Virus record (IMG/VR): IMGVR_UViG_3300033417_000036
Coordinates: 1-33,528 of that record
DNA: 33,528 bases
Origin: a virus
Taxonomy: Duplodnaviria > Caudoviricetes
Direction: 5' to 3' (one strand)
A program made the translations under genes and the position numbers. Under the pieces are notes generated by a model. That model saw only the letters and a program-made list of their open reading frames with translations, did no database searches and had not been told where the DNA came from. Shown in pieces: positions 23,467-32,595 of the stretch. Position 1 is the stretch's first letter, and every line of letters begins with the position of its first letter.

Positions 23467-24371
23467 ACCTTCACACCGACGTTCTACCGAACCTGCTGCC
23501 GCCCCTCTCTGACGAGGAGCGAGAGAGCCTCACGGCGTCCATCGTTGAGCACGGATTCTGGCCAACCCACCCTGTTATCCACGACGAGGACGGGAACGTA
23601 CTCGATGGACACAATCGCTACGAGGTGGCGAGAGACTTAGGCATCGACCCCCCGACCCAGCTTCTCGCCGGGTTGAGTGAGTGGGAGAAGGTGCAGTACG
23701 CCGTCACATCGAACACTAGCCGCCGCCAGATGGGGGCACCGGCCCGCCGTCAGTTGCTCCAACGGCTCATGGAGACGCATGAGAAGGTGTTGGCTGCGGA
23801 GGCGAAGGCTGCCCAACTTGCCGGGGCCAAGCAAGGAGGCGAGGTGAGCAAGTCCCGTCTCAATGAGACGAAGGTTCGGGACGCTGCTGCCAAGGCCACG
23901 GCGGGGCAGTTCAACGGGCCTGTGTCGGCCCCCAAGCCGCCCCCCGCCCAAACTAAGGATAAACTCACTACTTATGGCAAGATGTTGGGGGTGGGGCGAG
24001 CCACTGTCGCTCGGGACCGGGCGTATATTGCTCGTATCGAGGCTATTGAGGAGGCTGCCGAGGAACAGGGTAACACTGACGTTCTCCAGGCGGTCAACGC
24101 CAAGCGCCCCGACTTGGATACACTGGAGGAGTTGGTGGGGCTGCGTGCTGTCTCTGCAACTGAGCAAGCCCTGACCAGTGAGGAGAGGCTACAGTGGGTG
24201 ACAACGCTGGCGAAGGCGCTTGACCACCTACAGCCTGCACTCAACCCGACCGAGACGAAGGCGCTTCTTAGGGCGTCGGATTGCCCAGCGTCAAGTGTGT
24301 TCATGCAGATTCGACAGATCGAGAAGGCCATTGCCGAGTTCAACCAGCTGTCACGAAGCGAGCGGCGCTAG
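23460..24371 (+). CDS. ParB/Srx-like N-terminal domain protein with HTH (303 aa)
   Basis: LLPPLSDEERESLTASIVEHG...VLDGHNRY...NTSRRQM; HTH GKMLGVGRATVARD. Confidence 0.8.
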   Translation: MVNLHTDVLPNLLPPLSDEERESLTASIVEHGFWPTHPVIHDEDGNVLDGHNRYEVARDLGIDPPTQLLAGLSEWEKVQYAVTSNTSRRQMGAPARRQLLQRLMETHEKVLAAEAKAAQLAGAKQGGEVSKSRLNETKVRDAAAKATAGQFNGPVSAPKPPPAQTKDKLTTYGKMLGVGRATVARDRAYIARIEAIEEAAEEQGNTDVLQAVNAKRPDLDTLEELVGLRAVSATEQALTSEERLQWVTTLAKALDHLQPALNPTETKALLRASDCPASSVFMQIRQIEKAIAEFNQLSRSERR

Positions 24372-24396
24372 CGGCTCTGAACAGTAAGGCGAAAGC

Positions 24397-24729
24397 ATGA
24401 TTTCGTATGACGATCTAGTGCAGACCTTGATGGATGAACGCTACCTCACCTACGAGGAGGCTACGTTTGCTGTGTCTGAGCGGTACGCTACTCTTGATGA
24501 CGGCCACGACGCCCACCCTCTGTTTGACGACCCCTCGGTGGTTGAGGCCGAGGTTGCCGAGGAGGTGATGGCATACCACCCACGTTCGGAGGTGCCGATG
24601 CGCTCAATCGAGTTGCGTGCGGAGCGGTCTCCGGCTGGCGAGGTGGCTGCTCTCCAAGCCCGCATCGAAGCCAAGCGAGAGGGAGACAGATATCGTAGAC
24701 TTAGTGCAGGCAACCGGACGAGGGGCTGA
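24397..24729 (+). CDS. Hypothetical protein (110 aa)
   Basis: Fills the operon gap on the coding strand. Confidence 0.6.
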   Translation: MISYDDLVQTLMDERYLTYEEATFAVSERYATLDDGHDAHPLFDDPSVVEAEVAEEVMAYHPRSEVPMRSIELRAERSPAGEVAALQARIEAKREGDRYRRLSAGNRTRG

Positions 24730-24731
24730 CA

Positions 24732-24920
24732 ATGGACGATGACCACCAGGGCCAAGTGGCTGACTTCGTGCTGGATTTCACGCACGGCTCGGCGTGCATC
24801 ACCCACCGGCTATCGTATGACTCGACTATTGATGAAGTGGTCGAGGCATTCGCTCGGGCGCTGATGGCGGTGGGGTTCTCGCCTGAACTGGTCGAGGATC
24901 GCCTGCCTGACTCTCTATGA
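24732..24920 (+). CDS. Acidic hypothetical protein (62 aa)
   Basis: RBS GAGGGG; ATGA overlap with the helicase gene. Confidence 0.6.
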   Translation: MDDDHQGQVADFVLDFTHGSACITHRLSYDSTIDEVVEAFARALMAVGFSPELVEDRLPDSL

Positions 24921-26236
24921 CCACACCCATCCCCGAGGACTCAGAGTTGGTCGGGCTGGTCCAACAGTCTGGCGATGTTCCGATCTTTCGTGGTGTTGGT
25001 GACGGCCGCCTCTACTGCTACGACGACGGGGTGTGGACACCGGACGGCGATGACGAGATTCAGGCTCGAATGGATATGGCGATGGGTTCGACTAAGTGGC
25101 CTGCGGCGAAGCTCCGCAACGTGCGCTACCTGTTTCGAGGGGTCGAGCCTCTAATGCCTGAGACGCCACCGAACGAGGCGAAGTTGCTGGTGAACGTGCT
25201 CAACGGCGTAGTGGACGTGGCTGCGCACCCTGAGCCGAAGCTGCGCCCGAACGATCCTGCGTTCTTCTTCCGCTACAAGATTCCTCACGAGTACCGGGCC
25301 TCGGCAACGTGCCCCCGCATCGACGCTGCACTCAGCGACATGTTCCCTGACGATGATATGCGTGACCTGCTGTTTGAGATTCTTGGGTACTGCTTGCTGC
25401 CCGGCTTCAACTTGAAGAAGGCTATCCTGTTCTACAGCCGGGAGCCACACACCGGTAAGACGACTCTGCTCAACCTGCTTGGGCTGCTGGTAGGCCACGA
25501 GAATGAGGCTACTGTCAGCCTCCAAGACTTGGACGATCACCGATTTGCTCGTGCCTCGTTGCAGGGTAAACTCATCAATAGGTCAGGCGATCTTGGCGCA
25601 TATGCACCCCGCTCGTCCTCCAACTTCAAGTCATTAGTGGGCGGCGACCCGGTACTGGCCGAGCATAAGGGGCAACGCCAGTTCGCTCTATACAACACGG
25701 CGAAACTACTATTTGCGGGAAATAGTTTCGCTGGCACCCATGAACAAGGGGCTGCATACGCTACCCGCTGGCTAGTTGTTCCGTTTACTAAACAGTTCAA
25801 GCCTAACCCTAACTTTCTCGAGGAAGTCTCCTCTAAGAGTGAAATGGAGGGGCTGTTGGCGCATGCTATTCGAGGGGCGGCTCGGCTAGTGGAGCGCAAC
25901 GAGTTTACGAGCACCGCTTCCACTTTGCGGGCCGAGGACCAACTCAAGATGGACACTGACAGCGTAGCTCGTTACGTGTCGGAGTCGCTGACCAACGATC
26001 CTAACGCCGAGCCGCTCGACGGCACTTCGACCTACCGGGATTACGATGCGTGGGCCAGGGACGGCGGGCTACGCCCGGTCGGGAAACCCAACTTCTATGC
26101 TAGGCTTTCTGACATGCCCGGCATTTCTGTGTCCGAGAGCCGCTCCCGCAAGAAACTGCTACATGGCTTGCGGCTGGTAGCCCCGACCGAAGCGACGATT
26201 GTAGACAAATGGAGGCGCAATGCTCAAGACATCTAA
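24917..26236 (+). CDS. P4/D5-family SF3 helicase (D5_N + SF3 + winged helix), no primase domain
   Basis: VNVLNGVVD, CPR, ILGYCL, Walker A HTGKTT, FKSLVGGD...EHKG, KLLFAGN, RWLVVPF. Confidence 0.88.
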   Translation: MTTPIPEDSELVGLVQQSGDVPIFRGVGDGRLYCYDDGVWTPDGDDEIQARMDMAMGSTKWPAAKLRNVRYLFRGVEPLMPETPPNEAKLLVNVLNGVVDVAAHPEPKLRPNDPAFFFRYKIPHEYRASATCPRIDAALSDMFPDDDMRDLLFEILGYCLLPGFNLKKAILFYSREPHTGKTTLLNLLGLLVGHENEATVSLQDLDDHRFARASLQGKLINRSGDLGAYAPRSSSNFKSLVGGDPVLAEHKGQRQFALYNTAKLLFAGNSFAGTHEQGAAYATRWLVVPFTKQFKPNPNFLEEVSSKSEMEGLLAHAIRGAARLVERNEFTSTASTLRAEDQLKMDTDSVARYVSESLTNDPNAEPLDGTSTYRDYDAWARDGGLRPVGKPNFYARLSDMPGISVSESRSRKKLLHGLRLVAPTEATIVDKWRRNAQDI

Positions 26237-26528
26237 ACTACTTCCACACCCCGTTGTCGTCACAGCGTTATTTGGCTGTGGCGGCTATCTGGACACCCAC
26301 CTCGTTATCACATGCCCCCACGAGGCTGAGGGTTCTGAGCGTCCGTGTGCCGTGTGGGCCAACGACGATGGCCTCGAACGGCTCGACGAATGCACCTTTC
26401 ATCAGTACAACGATAGCCTCATGCCCAATGAATGGCTGCTGGGTGATGTCATTTGCGAGGCGGTCCTCATCGAAGCCGGAAGCGGCGACGACTTCCACGC
26501 CTTCATCCGCCTTGAAGACACACCATGA
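26220..26528 (+). CDS. Hypothetical Cys/His-containing protein (102 aa)
   Basis: RBS GGAGG; ATGA overlap downstream. Confidence 0.6.
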   Translation: MLKTSKLLPHPVVVTALFGCGGYLDTHLVITCPHEAEGSERPCAVWANDDGLERLDECTFHQYNDSLMPNEWLLGDVICEAVLIEAGSGDDFHAFIRLEDTP

Positions 26529-26995
26529 CCGACGACGCCACCATCGACGAGTTGTGGGATCTAGCCTACCTAGAGTTGCGCCGTCTCGGAGCCAGTGCCA
26601 AGCGGGCCGCACGTGAACTGGGTGCCGACCACCGGGACGTACAGCGCCGCATGGACATGATCCCTGCCTTCCGTGATGCGGTCGAGGATGCCATAGACGA
26701 GGCGGTTGAGCGGGTTGAGGAGAACGTGATCCACCACGCCCAAGAGGGTGACGGTACGCTAGGGATGCGGGTACTGCGGGCGCTCAAACCGGAGAAGTGG
26801 ATGGAGCCAGACCGGGAACAGGTGTTGCGAGTGCAATTGCCGCAGGTCGAGGACGTGGCGGCACTACACCAACGTTTGCGCCGGGCGGCGGGGTTGGAGG
26901 ATGCTGGTGATATAGTGGACGCCGAAGTGGTCAAAGATGACCCACTAGTCTTGGAGGCCGGTAATGAGCAACCGCCGCAAGATCAAGAAGACTAA
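26525..26995 (+). CDS. terS: Terminase small subunit-like protein (156 aa)
   Basis: N-terminal HTH (AKRAARELG), PAFRDAVEDA helix, GD...LRALKPEKW motif. Confidence 0.6.
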   Translation: MTDDATIDELWDLAYLELRRLGASAKRAARELGADHRDVQRRMDMIPAFRDAVEDAIDEAVERVEENVIHHAQEGDGTLGMRVLRALKPEKWMEPDREQVLRVQLPQVEDVAALHQRLRRAAGLEDAGDIVDAEVVKDDPLVLEAGNEQPPQDQED

Positions 26996-27227
26996 GGAAC
27001 TAGTACGCCGGGCTATTCATGTGGCCAAACTCAACAAGGCAAAGGATTGGGACGACGCCTTGCAGGTAACCCAGTTTGAGTTGCACCTTATCAAGCTGAT
27101 GGGTACTGAACAATGGCGGTCGGTTGTTCTTCAAGAACTGGAACGCCAAGATGTAGATGCGTCTGAATTGGCGCTCAGCTTACGAGTGGAGGTGCCTGAT
27201 GACCCTGGACGAGTTCCAATGTCCTAA
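26964..27227 (+). CDS. Hypothetical protein (87 aa)
   Basis: RBS GGAGG before ATG. Confidence 0.6.
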   Translation: MSNRRKIKKTKELVRRAIHVAKLNKAKDWDDALQVTQFELHLIKLMGTEQWRSVVLQELERQDVDASELALSLRVEVPDDPGRVPMS

Positions 27228-27348
27228 GTGCGGTAAGGTGGAGGAGGTGCTTATCCCTGCGTCCACCGTCTCACATTGTTGCCCAGCCAACCTCAACCGT
27301 CCCATCTTCTTCAAGAAAGTCAACCCCTCCGAAAGAGAGAAGGCATGA
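27199..27348 (+). CDS. Zn-ribbon microprotein (49 aa, MTLDEFQCPKCG...)
   Basis: RBS GGAGGTG; CPKC...HCCP; ATGA overlap downstream. Confidence 0.6.
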   Translation: MTLDEFQCPKCGKVEEVLIPASTVSHCCPANLNRPIFFKKVNPSEREKA

Positions 27349-28184
27349 AGATTTACCTAGCGGGTCCGATGAGAAACATCAAGCACTTCAATTTCCCTGC
27401 TTTCCATTCAGCCGCCAAGACGCTTCGGTCATGGGACTACGAGGTGGTGTCGCCAGCCGAGCACGATCTGCACAAGGGCTTTGACCCTGTGGGTGATGAC
27501 CTCAACGGTACCGAAGACCTTGAGGAGTTGGGTTTCGATTTGGTGGACTCGCTGCTGTGGGACTTCAAGCAGGTGATGACTGTTGACGGAATCGTCCTGC
27601 TTCCGGGGTGGCGCAACAGCCGGGGAGCCAATGCTGAGCTGGCGGTGGCTTACTCAGTGGGTACTAGGGTCGGCTACTTCAATCCTACGGCGGCGAATGG
27701 CCCGCTGTCGATTCTCTCATGGGCTGAACAATTCAAGGTAGGAGATAAGGTTCCCCGGACCGAGGTTCAGATGGGTCGTGGTGGCGCAGTGATGCACGGA
27801 GGCGGTGGTGGTGGTGGCGTCGTCTCCAACCCTAAAGACAGTATTGGCGAGGTGAAGTGCCCTCTCCACCTGGTCCCGGCTGCTCTCGACATCTTCGTCG
27901 CCCAAGCCATGAAGGACGGTGCCGAGAAGTACGGACCGTACAACTGGCGGGAACACCCGATCCAAGCGCACGTCTACATCGCCGCCATTCGTCGCCACCT
28001 CAATGCGTGGTATGATGGCGAAGATGACGCACAGGACTCGGGGGTCAACCACCTTGCCCATGCCGCCGCCGGGCTCGGCATCTTGCTTGATGCGCTGGCG
28101 TGCAACAACCTGATCGACGATCGACCCACCCCGGGTCCCTCGGCCCGACTACTAAAGGAGCAAACTAGTGCCTTATCTGAGTAA
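27345..28184 (+). CDS. DUF4406 (nucleoside deoxyribosyltransferase-like) fused to DUF5664 (dATP/dGTP diphosphohydrolase N-terminal domain), 279 aa
   Basis: KIYLAGPM...FNFPAF...SPAE...LPGWRNSRGANAE, a Gly linker, then NPKDSIG..K...GAEKYGPYNW...RHL..W..GED...SG..HLAHA. Confidence 0.8.
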   Translation: MKIYLAGPMRNIKHFNFPAFHSAAKTLRSWDYEVVSPAEHDLHKGFDPVGDDLNGTEDLEELGFDLVDSLLWDFKQVMTVDGIVLLPGWRNSRGANAELAVAYSVGTRVGYFNPTAANGPLSILSWAEQFKVGDKVPRTEVQMGRGGAVMHGGGGGGGVVSNPKDSIGEVKCPLHLVPAALDIFVAQAMKDGAEKYGPYNWREHPIQAHVYIAAIRRHLNAWYDGEDDAQDSGVNHLAHAAAGLGILLDALACNNLIDDRPTPGPSARLLKEQTSALSE

Positions 28185-28434
28185 TCACGAGCGCCGCTTC
28201 CAACTCTGGCGTGACGGCTCCCCCGCCCAAACAGCCGGGGAGTTGAACTATCAGTTCACCATGTTAGCTGATCGGTTTCTGCTGGATCATGGCCTCAGTT
28301 ACGCAACACTAAACACAGTGATCGGGGCTATTGAAGCCGCCAAGCTGGAGTTGTACCGGCGGGTGGCAGCACCCTACGAGGATGAGAAGATGGACGAGAA
28401 CGGCGATGTTTACCTTGTGCTGGCTGCCCCATGA
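28168..28434 (+). CDS. DUF6899-like protein (88 aa)
   Basis: MPY...GELNY...Y...N.VIGAIEAAKLELYRRVAAPYEDEK..ENGDV signature. Confidence 0.75.
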   Translation: MPYLSNHERRFQLWRDGSPAQTAGELNYQFTMLADRFLLDHGLSYATLNTVIGAIEAAKLELYRRVAAPYEDEKMDENGDVYLVLAAP

Positions 28435-30164
28435 CTCGTTGTCCTCCCGAACAAATTGTCCTCCACCTAGCGACCGAAGAAGATTTGCATGAGTTCGCTG
28501 CCTGGGTCTACGGCCAGCCTGACGATGCCCTGATCGCCTGCGACACTGAGACAACTGGCCTCCAGCCCTTCGGGTTCTCCAAGGACAGGGTGCGGATGGT
28601 TCAGTTTGCCAACGAGAACGAGGCGTGGGCACTACCAGTCCACACCTATATGCGAAACCACATCCAACTCGCTTTGTGGTGGTTCGCTGGCCGACTGGTT
28701 GGTCACAACTCGATCTTCGACGAGTCGATGTTGCGGTCCTCCGGGTTTGATCCGGGGCCGCCGTGGGACGACACCTATATCGCTCACCACCTCACGCACC
28801 CGACCGACTACCACGGCCTCAAGTCGGTCGCCGGCCAATTCTACGGCTACGGCGTGCGTGCTGGCGAGAAGTGGCTCGACGCCGAGAAGAAGCGCAACGG
28901 GTGGGACTGGGGCTCGGTGCCGGTGCAACACGAGGCGTACTGGGGCTACGGTGCGATGGATGCCGCCCTGACCAGCCGCCTCGCCACCGATCTGCTGCCC
29001 GTTGAGTTCACTCCGCAGTACGAGCGGGAGGTGAGGATCGCCCACCAAATGAAGCGCATGGCGGCGAGGGGGCTGCCGGTGGATCGAGCCTACGTTGCTG
29101 ATCTTCGCAACAAGTGGGATGTCGAGAAGGCCGAGTTGAAAGAGGAACTGGACAAGTACCAAATCGAGAACCCTAACAGCGGCAAGCAAGTGGCGGCCGC
29201 CCTACTCAATCAGGGGTGGGAGCCAGACGCCGACGAATACACCGCCACCGGCAACCCGTCTGTGGCGAGGGCCATACTGGAGAAATTCGACCACGAGATT
29301 GCTGACCGGGTGCTGCGCTATCGGCGGCTGGTCAAGTACGACTCAGCCTACGCCGGGCCAATGTTGGCCTCATCTGGCAGGCTATACCCGCTGATCTCGT
29401 CGTTGCGGGCCACCACCGGGCGTATGTCGGTTGAGGGTGGCACTGACTCGGCACCTCTGCATCAGTTCCCCAAGGGGCCAGAGGTGCGGACAGCTATCAA
29501 GGCCGACGACGGGCTCAACTTCTACGCTATCGACTACACCGGGCAGGAGATGCGGCTGATCTGTGCGTTTGCCGAGGACGATGGCCTAACCCACGAGGTG
29601 TTGGAGGGTGGCGATGTGCATGGCCGCATCGCTGACGAGCTGTTCGGTGATGATTACACCAAGGAACAGCGAGGGTGGTGCAAGAACGCCTTGTACGCCT
29701 ACGCCTACGGAGCGCAGGAGAAGCGTCTGGCGGCCACCGCTCATGCGCCTCTTGGCGAGACGGAGAAGGCGATTGCTCGGGCGTTCCCTGGGCTGGCTGG
29801 GTTCTCGGAGCGGGTTCAGTCAATTGCTGACCAACGCTATCGAGACGACGGGTTTGCGTGGGCGTGGACGTATGGTCGGCGGAAGGTGGGTGCGCCAAAG
29901 TCACGCCACTACGCCCTATCGAATTACATTATGCAGGGGAGTGGCGTAGATATGATCAAGGAAGCCCTAGTGAAGATTGACGAGGCCGGGCTCGACGAGC
30001 ACCTACGCTTCGTGATGCACGACGAGCTTCTTCTGAACCTGCCGCCTGACACCGGAGTTAGCATCGCCGAGCAGGTTAGGCAACTCATGTATGTGGAGTT
30101 CAGAGGTATTCCATTCGAGGCGCACGTAAGTGGGCCGGGGAAGAACTGGGGTGAAGTGTCGTGA
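28431..30164 (+). CDS. polA: DNA polymerase family A with 3'-5' exonuclease (577 aa)
   Basis: Exo motifs DTETTGL, HNSIFD, YGAMD; TTGRMS; motif A DYTGQEMR; motif B RGWCKNALYAYAYG; motif C HDEL. Confidence 0.95.
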   Translation: MTRCPPEQIVLHLATEEDLHEFAAWVYGQPDDALIACDTETTGLQPFGFSKDRVRMVQFANENEAWALPVHTYMRNHIQLALWWFAGRLVGHNSIFDESMLRSSGFDPGPPWDDTYIAHHLTHPTDYHGLKSVAGQFYGYGVRAGEKWLDAEKKRNGWDWGSVPVQHEAYWGYGAMDAALTSRLATDLLPVEFTPQYEREVRIAHQMKRMAARGLPVDRAYVADLRNKWDVEKAELKEELDKYQIENPNSGKQVAAALLNQGWEPDADEYTATGNPSVARAILEKFDHEIADRVLRYRRLVKYDSAYAGPMLASSGRLYPLISSLRATTGRMSVEGGTDSAPLHQFPKGPEVRTAIKADDGLNFYAIDYTGQEMRLICAFAEDDGLTHEVLEGGDVHGRIADELFGDDYTKEQRGWCKNALYAYAYGAQEKRLAATAHAPLGETEKAIARAFPGLAGFSERVQSIADQRYRDDGFAWAWTYGRRKVGAPKSRHYALSNYIMQGSGVDMIKEALVKIDEAGLDEHLRFVMHDELLLNLPPDTGVSIAEQVRQLMYVEFRGIPFEAHVSGPGKNWGEVS

Positions 30165-30631
30165 GAATCCTTGCCTTCGATGCTGGTAATTGCACCGGGT
30201 TCGCCATGTTTGACCACGGATCAGTGGTGCTCGGCAAACTAGGGTGTCTTGGCACCAAGATTGCCCACGATCTGCGCCGAGCACCGACCTATGACTTCCT
30301 AGCTGACACTCCAGAAATTGATGCCTACGGGTATGAACAGTTTGTGGTGCGCCAGCCAATCAAGGAATCGCACAGTGACGTGCTCTACATCAACGGAGCG
30401 ATTGAGGCCGAAGCCCGGTGTCGCCGAGTGCCTGTGTACCGCTATACTGCTGCCGTGTCGAAGCGCCGTGTGTCCAACGACCGGCTGCACGAGTTAGGGC
30501 TGTGGCCGGGCTTCGGGCTCCGCACCGGCGGGCACGCTGCCGACGCCGCCAGGATACTTGTGTGTATAATTGAGGACCACTACCCCCACGCCTTGGAGAC
30601 TCTAGGCCGATGGGGGCGGCTCTCGTCGTAA
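30161..30631 (+). CDS. RuvC-like Holliday junction resolvase (156 aa)
   Basis: RILAFDAG..TGFA, YEQF and HAADA RNase H-fold acidic motifs. Confidence 0.75.
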   Translation: MRILAFDAGNCTGFAMFDHGSVVLGKLGCLGTKIAHDLRRAPTYDFLADTPEIDAYGYEQFVVRQPIKESHSDVLYINGAIEAEARCRRVPVYRYTAAVSKRRVSNDRLHELGLWPGFGLRTGGHAADAARILVCIIEDHYPHALETLGRWGRLSS

Positions 30632-30644
30632 GTCTCCAGCCAAT

Positions 30645-30770
30645 ATGTCTTCGATTGCGGCCGCTGTGAGGGAAGCAGAGAAATGTGAGATAGTCTGTGC
30701 CAACTGCCATGCGATTAGAACCCAGGACAGGGGCCAACACCTACATGGAACAGGAAGACCTAGGAAATGA
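30645..30770 (+). pseudogene. C-terminal remnant of an HNH endonuclease
   Basis: MSSIAAAVREAEKCEIVCANCHAIRT...; the N-terminal CxxC and DH half is missing, with an in-frame TAG just upstream. Confidence 0.65.
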
Positions 30771-31639
30771 CTGACCCGATAAACGCTGTAGATACTTCTG
30801 ACGGGCGGTTCTACGAGCGCAACGGCCGCCGTTACCTCTCGGTGACGAATGTGCTGGACCATGCGATGTCCAAGCCCGCCTTGATCCCTTGGGCGGTGAA
30901 GCTCACCGCCGAGGAAGCCGACCGCACCCTCGCCTACGCCCTGGAGCACGGCAAACTACCAGCCCTGCCGCCGGGCACAACCAAAGCCGAGAAGGCCAGC
31001 AAGTCAGGCACAGCGAAGGACTGGCCGTCCGACTGGAAGCGGGAACACAAGCGAGTTAAGGAAACGTCTGGCACCCGAGGCAACCTGTTCCACTCGTGGG
31101 CCGAGGCATACCTGTTGGGCGGGCACCCGGACCCGCCCGAACTGCCGCCCGAGGTGCAGCCCTACCACGGCACCAACCTCGTCGCCGAGTGCGCCGGGTT
31201 CATTAGGGCCGTCGAAAAGTACGGCATCGAGGCGTGGGGCGCTGAGGCCACCGTCTACAGCGACCACTACAACTACGCTGGCACCGGAGACTTGTGGGCC
31301 TACGTCCGCAACCCTCCGTCATATTGGCCGAAGCTGCCCGATGACGGGCTGTTCATGTTCGATGTCAAGACCTCGAAATCGGCGTGGCCTGAGACGGCGC
31401 TCCAGTTGGCCGCTTACCGCCATGCTGACTACATAGGACTGCCGGACGGCAACGACCAGACGATTCCCGACACAGTGGGTGGCGGGGTGCTACATGTTGA
31501 TGGGGCCAACACTCACCTGATCCCGTATCGGTGCGGGCTGGCGGAGTTTGAGGCGTTCCTGGGTGGGTTGCGGATGGCGACGTGGATGATCGAGGATATG
31601 AAGAACGTGAAGAACTGGACTGACGTGGTATCGGAATGA
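30767..31639 (+). CDS. PD-(D/E)XK recombination exonuclease (290 aa)
   Basis: YLSVTNVL, KPALIPWA, RGNLFH, YAGTGD, DVKTS, LQLAAY. Confidence 0.85.
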   Translation: MTDPINAVDTSDGRFYERNGRRYLSVTNVLDHAMSKPALIPWAVKLTAEEADRTLAYALEHGKLPALPPGTTKAEKASKSGTAKDWPSDWKREHKRVKETSGTRGNLFHSWAEAYLLGGHPDPPELPPEVQPYHGTNLVAECAGFIRAVEKYGIEAWGAEATVYSDHYNYAGTGDLWAYVRNPPSYWPKLPDDGLFMFDVKTSKSAWPETALQLAAYRHADYIGLPDGNDQTIPDTVGGGVLHVDGANTHLIPYRCGLAEFEAFLGGLRMATWMIEDMKNVKNWTDVVSE

Positions 31640-31710
31640 GTGACACGCATTTGCTCCCTGCCGAAAATATGGCCTTGACCGTGGCGCTCTCACAGCTGGA
31701 CTGAGGAAGA

Positions 31711-32388
31711 ATGAGCATCATCCAAATCCAGCGCAAGTACGCTGAAATGTTCCGCATTCGGCTCGGCCAGAAGGCAGCCAGCGGTGCGCCTGAATCTCTC
31801 AAAGGCGAAATCCGCATCACCTCGCCGAGCAAGGAGTGGGTCAAGGCGTTCGCCGACACCTACGGCGGCCGCCCCAAGCGGTGGGGCGACACCGGTAAGT
31901 TCGAGGTGTTTCTGCCCACCAACCGTCTACCGATCACAATACTGCCGGGCCAGAACCTCACACAGCACATGGAGTTGTGGGGCGGGAGTGTTTGCCAGCG
32001 CCGCTGCAACGGTGTGGAGATGAGTGGCGGTGCGCCATGCATCTGCGGTGAGGATGCACCGTTGGAGGATCGAGAGTGCAAGCCAACTTCTCGGCTCACG
32101 GTGGCGTGCCCCGAGATTGGGTTAGTGGGCACCGGGATGCTAGTGACCCACAGCACCATCGCCGCCGCCGAGTGGGCCGGGTCGTTCAGCATCGCCCAAC
32201 CTATCCTTGACATGCAACGAACGGTGGATGCTATACTGAGGGTTGATGCCCTCTCGACCCCCGGACACAACTTCAACGTCCCCCGCCTGGAATTACAAGG
32301 GATCACGTTCGCCGAGATTGAGAGTGCCACTGAGCAACTTGCAATCTCGATGCCCTCAACTCCCGAGCTAACTCAAGGAGGTGAATAA
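31711..32388 (+). CDS. phiC31 Gp3-like (recombination directionality factor-like) protein (225 aa)
   Basis: RIRLG, RITS, YGG.P, MELW....RRCNG, PCIC, CKPTSRL pattern matches the Gp3-like family; adjacent to the exonuclease. Confidence 0.75.
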   Translation: MSIIQIQRKYAEMFRIRLGQKAASGAPESLKGEIRITSPSKEWVKAFADTYGGRPKRWGDTGKFEVFLPTNRLPITILPGQNLTQHMELWGGSVCQRRCNGVEMSGGAPCICGEDAPLEDRECKPTSRLTVACPEIGLVGTGMLVTHSTIAAAEWAGSFSIAQPILDMQRTVDAILRVDALSTPGHNFNVPRLELQGITFAEIESATEQLAISMPSTPELTQGGE

Positions 32389-32393
32389 ATAGA

Positions 32394-32582
32394 ATGGCAG
32401 CCCCACAGAAACTCACCAACCGGCAACAGCAGAGCCTCGTGAAGAAATATCAGCGAGGCACCCCTGTCTCCGAGTTGACTCAGAAGTTCGAGGTAAGCAC
32501 CGGCACAGTTCGTGCCACGGTGCGTCGCCACGGTGGCAATCTTCGTCCCGTTGGCCGTCCCTCCAAGAACGCCGAGGCTTGA
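32394..32582 (+). CDS. Small HTH DNA-binding protein (62 aa)
   Basis: YQRGTPVSELTQKFEVSTGTVRATVRRHG..LR..GRP; RBS AAGGAGGTG. Confidence 0.8.
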   Translation: MAAPQKLTNRQQQSLVKKYQRGTPVSELTQKFEVSTGTVRATVRRHGGNLRPVGRPSKNAEA

Positions 32583-32595
32583 TGCCCCGGCACCG

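Noticed and set aside
27345-30164. 2-aminoadenine (Z-genome) system suggested by a dNTP hydrolase domain next to polA
   Set aside because: No purZ or HD-family dATPase recognised in the window; cannot be supported from this sequence.
30565-30570. Perfect TATAAT inside the resolvase gene
   Set aside because: No -35 and no correctly spaced TGn extension; explained by codons.
31636-31704. 22-codon ORF between exonuclease and Gp3-like gene
   Set aside because: It has an ATGA overlap but is too short and featureless to support.
31711-32388. Gp3-like gene as proof of integration
   Set aside because: No serine integrase or att site in view; the family also occurs in replication/recombination modules.
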